The notes under the pieces are model-generated. The model did not search any database. It was not told the DNA's origin and saw only the letters and a program-made list of their open reading frames with translations. Below, piece by piece: positions 53,445-64,000 of a stretch of DNA of 64,000 bases (the first letter of the stretch is position 1; each line of letters starts with the position of its first letter). The position numbers were made by a program, and so were the translations under genes. The DNA is from Squalus acanthias. Its lineage: Eukaryota. The stretch lies in assembly GCA_030390025.1 (NCBI GenBank), contig CM059433.1:22074001-22138000 (forward strand). Direction: 5' to 3'.

Positions 53445-53790
53445 CATGGCTCCCTTAATGGTTCTGGGCACTGTCCAATGTACCACACAGACCAGTTCCA
53501 TCCCAGTCTGTGCTTGATTAGTTAATCTTGGATAGGGTGACAGTATGGATGATATATATGGCCTCAATGCCTCTGGGCTGGGAGATTTGAAACTTAGCCA
53601 CAATTCCCACCTCTGATCACCAGCTAGTGACTGGTGCATCAGTCAGGACACATCCAGCTTGGTGATGAGACCCTCCGTGCTCGTAAAACCTGCCAATATT
53701 CAATGGCTAGCTCCACGCTTTGGTGAGATGCAAGGAGATGGTTGTTTCCAATGGATCAGAGTTACAGCAAATGTCAGCACCTTCAGGAGG
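53445..53790 (+). mobile_element. Degraded AmnSINE2-like SINE
   Basis: tctgtgcttgattagttaatct...ggcctcaatgcctctgggctggga blocks. Confidence 0.45.
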
Positions 53791-53894
53791 TGGGCCGAAT
53801 TACCTCCTTCTGCACTGTAAGATTCTATGAGAGACATTCTTTTGAACAAAACACATCAAATTAGAAGTTTAAAATAATCCTTCAAGACATAAGA

Positions 53895-54610
53895 GGGACC
53901 TGGGTGTCCTTGTGCACAAATCACTGAAAGTTAACATGCAGGTACAGCAAGCAATTAGGAAAGCAGATGGTATGTTGGCCTTTATTACAAGAGGATTTGA
54001 GTATAGGAGTAAAGATGTCTTACTGCAATTATATAGGACCCTGGTGAGACCGCACCTGGAATATTGTGTACAGTTTTGGTCTCCTTACCTAAGGAAGGAT
54101 ATACGTGCCATAGAAGGAGTGCAACGAAGGTTCACCAGACTGGTTCCTAGGATGGGGGGATTGTCTTATGAGGACAGATTGAGTAGACTAGGCCTATATT
54201 CTCTAGAGTTTAGAAGAATGAGAGGTGATCTCATTGAAACATACAAAATTCTTACAGGGCTTGACAGGGTAGATGCAGGGCGGATGTTTCCCCTGGCTGG
54301 GGAGTCTAGAACCAAGGGTCGCAGTCTCAGAATAAGAGGTTGGCCATTTAGGACTGTGATGAGGAGAAATTTCTTCACTCAGAGGGTGGTGAATCTTTGG
54401 AATTCTCTACCACAGAGGGCTGTGGAGGCTCAGTCGTTGAGTACATTCAAGACAGAGATCGATAGATTTTTGAATATTAAGGGAATCAAGGGATATGGGG
54501 ATAGTGCAGGAAAGTGGAGATGAGGTAGAAGATCAGCCATGATCTTATTGAATGGCGGAGCAGGTTCGAAGGGCCAAATGGCCTACTCCTGCTCCTATTT
54601 CTTATGTTCT
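53895..54610 (+). mobile_element. CR1 LINE 3' fragment
   Basis: 203-aa ORF 53912-54523; tail ctcctatttcttatgttct; same subfamily as 25495-26460. Confidence 0.92.
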
Positions 54611-54686
54611 AGTTAAAGTATATTATGAGGTATTCAAGCCTGCATCAAAATAGCTTGTTTTTTTTCATGTTGAATGTTATATTTAG

Positions 54687-54774
54687 GTATCAGCTGAACC
54701 TGAGGGCAGGACCTTTGTCTACCAGGGATTTGTTCAAGGCAAAGACTTTCGACAGTTTGGCTTTCAGAGGCAAG
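54687..54774 (+). CDS. CSMD1: CSMD1 juxtamembrane-region exon
   Basis: TAG|GTATC...CAAG|GTTAGT; 88 nt, phase 0-1; VSAEPEGRTFVYQGFVQGKDFRQFGFQRQ. Confidence 0.93.
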
Positions 54775-54997
54775 GTTAGTAACTGATCTGGATTTACTTG
54801 ATGTCAACAACCAAGAATTTTAAAACAAAATTAATCAGAAGCTGCATAAACCTGTGTGCACTGTTGCAAGATTCACTCTTGTAGTTTCTGGCAGGTAGTA
54901 ACAGGAAGCACAAGAACACAACGTGTACACTAGGTGACAGAATACTGAAAATCTTAATGGAATGCTGCACTTGTGCACTAGACTTTACAAAAAACAT

Positions 54998-55004
54998 TTA
55001 TATA

Positions 55005-55047
<43 letters not shown>

Positions 55048-55056
55048 AATATATAT
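54998..55056. repeat. (TA)n microsatellite
   Basis: Long TA run with interruptions. Confidence 0.95.
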
Positions 55057-55999
55057 CTCTGTAGACCCTAATGGAAATGAGAAGAGATTTTATTGGCCTT
55101 GAAATTATGCCATGGGATACTGTGCAATTGTTTAATGTATTTGACTGAAATTCTTTTTTCCACTCTTTTTGAAGAAAACATTTATTTTAAATGGTTTAGT
55201 TCCTCTGTTAAAACAGCGGAGCAAAGAGTTTCAGGTGTAATACAATCATACATTAGTACCTCACGGTGTAGTTTTAGAGTGCTGACATGTTAAAAGGACT
55301 CTGATTAACATCACTTTGTTTCCTTAACACCTATTTCTGTGCTTTTCTCCCCTTTTAATTTTCCGTTTAAAGACTGAGTGGTTGTATTATCAGGGGTCAC
55401 TCCCCCCACCCTCTTTGTCTTGTTCAGACGGCCAGATTGAGAGGCTGGCTGGCTATTGGGCAGATAGGCCTGCAGCACCAGGCCACAGCCAGGGAGAGGA
55501 AGAAGGGAGTGATCGGGGGTCGGGGTGGGGGGACATTGATGGGGGGCCCAGAGAGGTCGGGTGTCTGAGACATTAGAGGGGCTAGAAAGGTAGGTCAGGG
55601 ATCGGAAAGCTCGGGAAGCGAGGTCCGATCGTGGAGGGTGTCTGATTGCCGGGGATGTTAACAGGATAGCTTGGGGGGTCGTGGGGGGATGCAATCCTGC
55701 TCCTCCTTGCCCACAAGTAATCCTCGCCTCCCTTCAGCTGTTGGGTTTCCCGAGGCCTGGGAAACCTGGCCGGCCAGCATTAAAGCTGGAACACAGATAA
55801 AATCTTCGGCACGCAGCCTCATTAAAATATTTAAGTGAGGGACCCACCTCCTGAGCACTGGTTAATTGCCCCCCCAGGTCCTGCCTCTGTTAAAACCAAA
55901 GGTGCGCGGGTTGGATTTGGGTTCGAAATTTTTTTAATAAACTTCCCACCTGATTTTTTTGGGTTAAAATTATCCCCCATGTTGCAGATAAGCAATAAA

Positions 56000-56560
56000 T
56001 TTGCCCAACTTAACACTGGCAGCCACTCTGTTTGGCTTCCACGAGAGCCTCCACAACCTAGCCCCGGATTACATTCCCATTACTAGCTGCTTGCTCAGAC
56101 TGAACTTGATTGTCCGCAGCCTTGGTGTCCTGTGTCACTCTAAGCTGACCTTCAAAGCTCACATTCTAGCCATCACCAAAGCTGCCGACTTCCACCTCTG
56201 CGACATTGCCCACCTCTGCCCCTACCTCTACCTCATCCCACTGTTGTTGAAGCCCTCATTTTCACCTTCATCATCTCTAGGCTCAATTGCACCAACGCTT
56301 TCCTCGAGTTCCACCTTGAAGAAGCTACAACTTATGCAATACGCTTGATGCCTTCACCTCATCGAGCACTGAGGTTCCACCCACCTTGTTTCAGCCAACC
56401 TCCCTTGACAATTCAAAATCCTTGTCTTCGTCTGTAGGTTTCTCAATGGTTTCACCCCTTCCTACCTCTCAACCTCCTCCAGCTCTGCATGCCAGCTTGT
56501 GCCATCCACTCTTTGACTTGGGCCTCTTTTGCATCTTGCCTCCCTCCACTTCACGTTCTG
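56000..56560 (+). mobile_element. Old degraded L2 fragment
   Basis: LRLNLIVRSLGV...HILAITKAADFHLCDIAHLCPYL is colinear with 15890-16030. Confidence 0.65.
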
Positions 56561-56606
56561 TTGCAGAAACTCCAGCTGCTGATTGTCTTTGGGATGGATT
56601 TAATGA

Positions 56607-56774
<168 letters not shown>

Positions 56775-58289
56775 TGAAAAATTTGCATCTTTTTTGCATG
56801 AGAGAACAATGTACAGAAAAGTAGAGTTAACATGCACATCAGGCACAGCCTTGCCCAGTACAATAGTTATGATATTAAATGCAAATGGAGTTGTGTCAAA
56901 ATGGACGGATCAGAAATATTGATGAGTAATGTACCCCTTTAAAAATAAAATGCGATATATTTCAAACAAGGGTCTCAAGAGTCTTTCAGGTTATCTGAAG
57001 CTGAATATTCAGCAGCTGGATTGCAGATATAACACGAGAGTTTGTGTAATTATATATAAAAAAACATTGTACATCTGTTTTTGAGGATGTTAATTATAAG
57101 TAATGAACAGAGTAATATTGTCTTCACTGTTTTTCAGAATGCAGTTAGAGCTTGACCTACCATATACTTTAACTGATCGGACTAGGGAGATTGATAAAAT
57201 CTAGTACCACGGTCTTAAACCAGCGTGAGGTCTTTGTGAAGGAACTTTGAGGAACAGTAATATTCATGCCCATGATCATGATTGTTCCATTTTAGATTCC
57301 CAAAGTGAGAAACTGACACAAGGAAGAGTGAGCTCGATTGAAAACAGATTGAATTAACCCTTAGTGCACAGCAGATGAGTTTACTCATCTGGCAAGCTCT
57401 TTTACTGGAGATGGCTAATGAGTATAATCGGTTGGCAGCCCTTCCTGTTTGGAAACAGAAAAATGCATCAAAGATTGACCTCATGCTATCTGTAACAGCA
57501 CCATGCCAGTCTTGAGACCTTTGCCACTGGATTAGCTGAAAATGCCCTTGGGAGCACATTTGTAATCAACTACTTAATTCAAATTTGTGCCCACCTCCAA
57601 ACTGGAATGTAGGACCAGGAAATCAGCAAAACAAAAGTACGTCAAAAATGTTAGATTTAAAAAAAATCAAAAGCTAGAATAGATAGAATTCTAAGAGAAT
57701 AGAAGGAAAATCAGGATGATAGGGCGAGCTCAAGTGAAATGTCAAAATTTTTTATTTCAACTTGTGTCTATTTTCATAGTTTAGATTACATTAATCTAGC
57801 TATTCTTAATGTTAGAGTAGCTTTATTGCTGGAATACTGAATTACTGGAGCTGCAACATGTGAGTTGAAAATTTACCAAATAGGTCAAGGAGACCGGATT
57901 TTTCCTGGGCCTGTCAGCAGCCTAAGAGTTATCACAAACATTTGAAATGACATATTGATTCTACTTGCTGCATCTACTGAATAATTACTGTATCTAACCC
58001 AGCTCCGTCGCACTGCTGTCTAGGATTTCCTCCTGGCTAGTTTCCCAAAATTTATAGCTCTCCCCTTTACACAAAAAAAAGGTATGTGGTAAAATTAATC
58101 ATAACTGATTTTTACTCAAAGTGGATACCATTGGGGCCTCCTCTTTCAAGAGTTGAATCTGGAACATAACGAATAGCTTTAACTCAGTGCTGTAACTTAC
58201 ATCGTGTGCTTTCTTTCCACTGCACAATATTGTACTGTTCATAACTTATGTAACACTGTTAGTGAAAATCCTTCTTCCTCCCCACCCAA

Positions 58290-58690
58290 TTTTCTGCTTT
58301 TCTTTTCTATCCTCTCCTGAGGGCGGTGACTCATGCTGGGGTACGCTTCCATAGGCGTCGGCAGCCTTCTAGTACCTTGTCCAAGTGGCCATTCTTCATG
58401 TGTGAGCCTAGACGGTGAGTGCTGGCAGATTATTCCATCACGGGGGGCATCACAACTGAGCCCAAACCATCCTCACCCGACTTCCACATATGTGCACCTT
58501 CAGGCAGGGGTCACTGGCTAGCAATCAGGAGTGGCAATCCTGCCCGGTTTTTTTTTTCTCTCTCTCCTTTGCCCAGGAATACTGCGGCAAATTGTGGCTC
58601 CCCTATCGTCACCCAAGCTGAGACCAGCTAACTCAGCACAGACCATAGATAAGAACTGGGACTTTCCTGTCCTGTACCAGTCCGTTTATC
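58290..58690 (-). mobile_element. Ancient tRNA-derived SINE (AmnSINE2-like), best-preserved copy
   Basis: Minus strand: ggtctgtgctgagttagctggtctcagc...ccagtgacccctg...tctaggctcacacatgaagaatggccacttgg...taccccagcatgagtca. Confidence 0.65.
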
Positions 58691-59185
58691 ACTGACCTAA
58701 GGGAGGAGCTTGAAAATCCTGCTGTTTATTTTCTGTAACTCTTGACAACTATCCTCTGCACAAAGACATCTCTGTTTGAGTAATATTCAGTTTTCTAACT
58801 CGTGTCAAATTTGTTGCTCTGTTGATATTAATGCTATATAGTTAAGTGATTAGATATGCAACAGGAACATTTAAATAAAAATGCTTTCCGAAAGAACACA
58901 TACATATGTGAAGTAACTGTAAAATTTTGACACATGGTTCTGATAGGACGATACATTGTGGTTGTCGATACGATTGTAATCACAATGGAGAATTTTAGGG
59001 TCTCGCTGATTTGGTGACAGTCCCTGAACTTGATCAGATATCAAGGGTTCTGCCTGGTGGAGTGGTGATCTTGCAGGACTGGGTAACTGATCCTCGAGGG
59101 GTTTCGCAGGGGGCTATTGCTAACTGGCTGCTCCTTTCTATGTTGCCCTACTCTTTGCTACTTGGAGAGCTGGTTAAAAAAATAA

Positions 59186-59377
<192 letters not shown>

Positions 59378-62300
59378 CCATCACTTTGACTGCTGACTAA
59401 CTGATATTAGCCATACCTCTACCTGGCGAGCAGTAACTCCTTTGGTGCCATATACCACATCGCTCCGTCCCACTGCTTGCTTTGCAGTGATGCACCTTTG
59501 TTAGGACAAACACAGTCAATGGAGTTTTTTGCCGGGACAATATCCTCAGACAACAAGTCAAAACAATTCCTTCGAGACTTCTAACACAGGAAGAACCAAA
59601 ACCAAGTCCTGGATGGGTTTGAAACTTTCTGCTTCTGGATGCACATGGCAGATTCTTCTTTTTTTCCTGAGTTATGTATTCTTCCAAGAAGAGGTAAAAA
59701 TGGACAAGAGAAGGACAAAACCTGCTCCACTACTGACACTAACAGACTTTAGATGAACTTATCATTTACAGCTGCCTACATCATAAGATAAGGTCACTGT
59801 CCTAAAACAGGGCAGCTTGGGAATTATTTTCATCTGTTGTATGGCAAATCTACTGCACAATTCTTTGCACTAGTGTGTTATGAATGAATGAGTAGGATAT
59901 TGGCATCAAATAGGGTACAGGGTTTCTGCACACTGACCATTGTACATAAAAACTTGCTTCAAAGACTTCAGTTTCCATTGCTGAACATCACATAACCTTC
60001 TCGATGCTAACAATAGGTATTAGAACGTTGCCGTATTATTTCCTTCAAACTTGCATTATTATAGAGTCGGTTTCTATTGAGGTCAGGCTTATGAGTGAAA
60101 AAGATTTGTGAGGGTTTTTATGGTTCCTTTAAAAAAAAAAATCAATTGGATATCGTTATTTGAATAAGTTGTTAGAAGCCAAAAAAAATGGAACTAGCTG
60201 AATTTTTAATACAAAGCTATATTTCCGAACAATTGGCTCTTTCTGAGTCTGCACAGGCTGTAGTTCAGAAATATTATCGTAGAAATCTATTCCATTTTCC
60301 AGATAGCTTACATAAACACTGCCTTTTGTAAATTATATTTAGCAAAAAAAATTAACTTATTTATTTTCCCAAGAAGAATATAAGAAAAATTGATGCACCA
60401 TTTTTTGGTCTTTTAAAAAAAAAAAAATAGTCAAATGTTAACAGGTGTTGTGGAGGGGGAGGTGAGGGGTCCTTAGTGGGGGTGGTGCACTGTAATGTTT
60501 GCCAAGGGTCCTCTGAACCTTGGTTTGAGCTGCCTGGCAGACATTGAGATCTGCCATGCCTGCCCGCGGGTCGGACAATGCGTGAGGGTGAAGTATCCCA
60601 CCTTCGTAGAAGAGGGTTGTGCATGACAGAAGAATAAGGGTGAGAATGAAAGTCAGTCCTCACACTTGGCAGCAACATTTGACAGCCGTTGATGACCGCA
60701 AGAAGGACATCCACTGACCGATTTGCTCTGTCTTCCCAACTAAAGGACAACCATCAAACTGTGAGGTTTACAGAAAGGGTATAAAAGAGAAAATTGATTC
60801 AGCAAAAGGAATTAAAAGTCTGGGGGAAAACGTGCACGATGCACATTGTTGGGCATGGGAGAGGAGAATGGGGATTCTTTTGTTTCTGGATGATGTTCTA
60901 TTCATCCTAAAGAGTGCCTTCACTTGTGACCTCTGTATCTCATAGCTTTACCCAAAACCAGTTGGAACTGTACAGAAAACTGCAGAAAGTTGTTGCGATT
61001 TCTTTAATATATCTGACATACAGCCTAACAGGGAAAACTGTCTCATTCACAGCTACAGCATAGAAAAACCGTCTTGCAAAAATTCACTATGTGCAGTCAG
61101 CAACAACTTTACCAAGTTGTCTAAATAGGTGCGGCCAAACCGCAAAATTGCAAACTCATAGGGAATGGGGTGATGCAGGGTCTTGGTTTAAAACAAGCTG
61201 AGAGAGTACTGTTGGTGATATGAGTTTAGTTAGATGGGTTAACATAGCTAAAATAGCAGACGGTGGAATGTCATTTCTCCAGCGTTTCTGCCCATTTTCC
61301 ACCCAGGTTTCAACAGGAGATGAGAAGAACCCCTGTGGAAATTTTACCCTGTTAAATGTTTGTGTGTGAATATCACCAACAGTCATTTCTAGGCTACAGT
61401 CCTCACTTACCCTTGTTTAATCTTATTGCGGTTTCAGCTCCTATTGCCTATCCTGACTTTAGTAAGTGAATTATGTTACTGGGAGAGGTTAGAATAAGAT
61501 TCTGTTACAATGAGATTTGACTGAAGAGAGGAAGTGAATTCTTTTTAAATAAAATATTTTGTTCCTGGCTAAAAGCTTTGTCAGAAACCACAGAACTTTA
61601 TGAACAGAGCTTCTTCCATTTTCTTCTTGTTTTAAAATTCTATGGTGGGCTTTGATTGCTTTTTAATAATTACATTTAATTTACAACTGTGTATTGTGGA
61701 GCAATTAATAACTGAACTGGGGAGGATGTAAAGGACACAGCAGTTCTGAAAAAATATATACGTCCTTTATTATAAAGTTTTCCAAAACTTAGTTCTAAAA
61801 CAGTTGTTACATCAATTCTGAACAAGTTCCTCCATTTAGGTTACCTGTGATAACGCATACACGGTCACGCATGCCTGTATTTTGTCACATACTCATGCAA
61901 AATCTTTTACAAAAAGCACTCAATTTTTCCATCAAACATAAAGCTCGATGGTTTTATGTTCAAGAGGAGGCACAATTGAAATAATTTTAGAGAAGGAGCG
62001 AATGAAAGCTTATGATACTCAAGTGACAAAATATAAAGGTTCCAGTTTGAACATGGTGTGAAAATTCTATCATGGAACTTAGATAACTAAACACCTGAAA
62101 GCATGTATTTACCGTTAACCTTTTCCCCATCACACCCCACAGACATTTATTACAAATCAACCTGCTCTGTTTTTCAGTGATAATGCATTTAACAAAGAAA
62201 AGTAACAGTATAAACCAGATTGTAATTTTAGATTCCCTTCTACACACTTAATAGCGCAAATAAGGATCTGCTTGATATATATTATAAGGCAAGCTGATAA

Positions 62301-62975
62301 TGGAGAGAATAAAGGGCTCAATTTATATACTGAATAATTCATGTCCTTGTGAAAGTCAACAATCCAAACTGCTTATTGGTGTAGATACTGACTGTCTCTA
62401 TAGGCAAAATGGATATGTTGATTTGCTTCATGGAAATGCACCACCTGCTCTCTGAGCTGTGGAACAGGACATGACAGAAATTGCAGAGGAAAGCTCACCT
62501 TTGTTGGGACAATATCCCACCAAGGAACAACATGACTAGGTATTACGTGGCGTGCAAGCCCAAAAATCACGGTCATAAAAAAATGTAGGAATTCAGTTGC
62601 TCATAAGAAAGCCAGTCTCGTACTATCAAAGACTGCAGTGGACAGTGCAGGTTTGCTTTACAGAATAGTTAATGACAGATTCAAAGTATGTATTTATATA
62701 TGAATTCTATTTTGTAAACTGTCAAAGGACTATGCTGAATGTAAACACTGCAATATACTTCTGTTGCCCATCCTGTCACTCTCATCGTAGGGTGATGTCC
62801 AAAGTGCTTTCGGAACTCAAATTGGATTATTTTGGGCTCAGGTCGTGAAGAACTTTAAAAAAAAATGGTGGGAAATGCTCCTCTGGCAGTGCATGCTGGT
62901 GTAAGTTTTCCATCGTGCTAGCTGACAAATAGCTGCTGTCTTCTGCTGGTGGTATGTGTCATGGTTTCAATTAAA
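59378..62975 (+). other. Probable CSMD1 3' UTR (end uncertain)
   Basis: Follows the stop codon; no recognisable TEs for about 3.6 kb; candidate polyA signals AATAAA 61548-61553 and 62308-62313, ATTAAA 62970-62975. Confidence 0.55.
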
Positions 62976-63268
62976 AAAGAATCACTTTTTTAAATAATTA
63001 CCTGCTAATTGGGGGGTGGGGGGGAGAGCGAAGACACCTAACCCTAGCAGACTAATGGTGAATATACATTCGGTGGTCTTGAGGGAGAATGGGGCATTCA
63101 ATCCTTGGTGTTCTTCCTTGATTCTGTTGATCTCATCAGACAGTGGGAGGGGGGACATCGACTAATGGAATCTGTGCCTGCCAGTATGTGAGTTAGGTAT
63201 GGGAATCGTTCCCTTTCTGTGAAAATGGGAAGGACGCACCCCATTTCCCTACCCTGTGGGACTATAGG

Positions 63269-63535
63269 TAGGGCTGCGAACCTTCTAGGATTGTCCTCGG
63301 CATTAAAGATTAATCTCCAGGACACTGCTCCGACAACCCTGGACAAAAAATCATAGGGGATATTAAAAAATAATTACATGGTTTTTTTTCATTTACTTTG
63401 AACACTTTTCATTTGTTAATTATAAAAATATTGGAAATGGGGTAAAAAGGCTGCTTGACTGGGCAGGGCAGTTGGAGGTGAGAGGTCATGTGACAAAACC
63501 TCCAGGAATACACCCAACCAGAGGTGGCAACCCTA
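63269..63535. mobile_element. hAT-like MITE
   Basis: Termini tagggctgcgaac / ggtggcaacccta; 8-bp flanks actatagg / gttctagg (5/8 match, possible decayed TSD). Confidence 0.55.
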
Positions 63536-64000
63536 GTTCTAGGCAGTAAGATTAAAGATTCAGCTTTACGGTTTTCTCAATGGTGGAGTGGCAAAACTGA
63601 ATCTTACATTCAAAAAAATCTTTCAAATTCTCATTCCTACCTCTGGTCTCGCTGTCCGAACAGTAGTATTCTGTTATTAGTAAACATGAGCTCCCAAATT
63701 GTACAAAAGGAAAATACTGAGAGTACAGCTCCCTTGAGTGTATTGAAGAGGTCAGAGACAACCTGCTGGGGAATGGTGGAGAAAAGGTCAATTTGAATAT
63801 GAGCTGAAAATACCCCAGAGAAGACTTTCTGAGACAGGACCATGTACTTCTGTGTTGTAAGCTGCTGCTTATCTTACAAGTTTTGCCTTTATTCAGGCTG
63901 GTTGCAATAATGTTTTCTGTGTAAAATATTTTGTAAAAACAAACAAAAAAATGCTGTAAAAATGCCGATTAACCATTTCAGTGCCATCGCATCAACGGCA

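Overview
This is vertebrate genomic DNA, most likely from a cartilaginous fish (shark), judged from the repeat content. It carries the last 14 coding exons of CSMD1 on the + strand (6122..59377). These encode seven sushi/CCP modules, the juxtamembrane region, the TM helix and the tail ending ...[31 protein letters not shown]. All 13 introns are GT-AG and the exon phases join into one open frame of 1982 nt. A repeat-poor, probable 3' UTR follows. The introns hold many CR1 LINE fragments, a near-complete decayed L2, Deu-type and AmnSINE2-like tRNA SINEs, a PIF/Harbinger non-autonomous family with 3-bp TSDs and a Myb/SANT remnant, a young Tigger/pogo-type MITE, a hAT-like MITE and a probable solo LTR. 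The most unusual objects are short Penelope-like hairpin insertions with 13-14 bp TSDs whose inverted arms carry minimal hammerhead ribozyme motifs. One sits about 85 nt from a CSMD1 splice donor, and another holds a copy of neighbouring host DNA in its loop. Family names rest on recalled consensus features, not on database searches.
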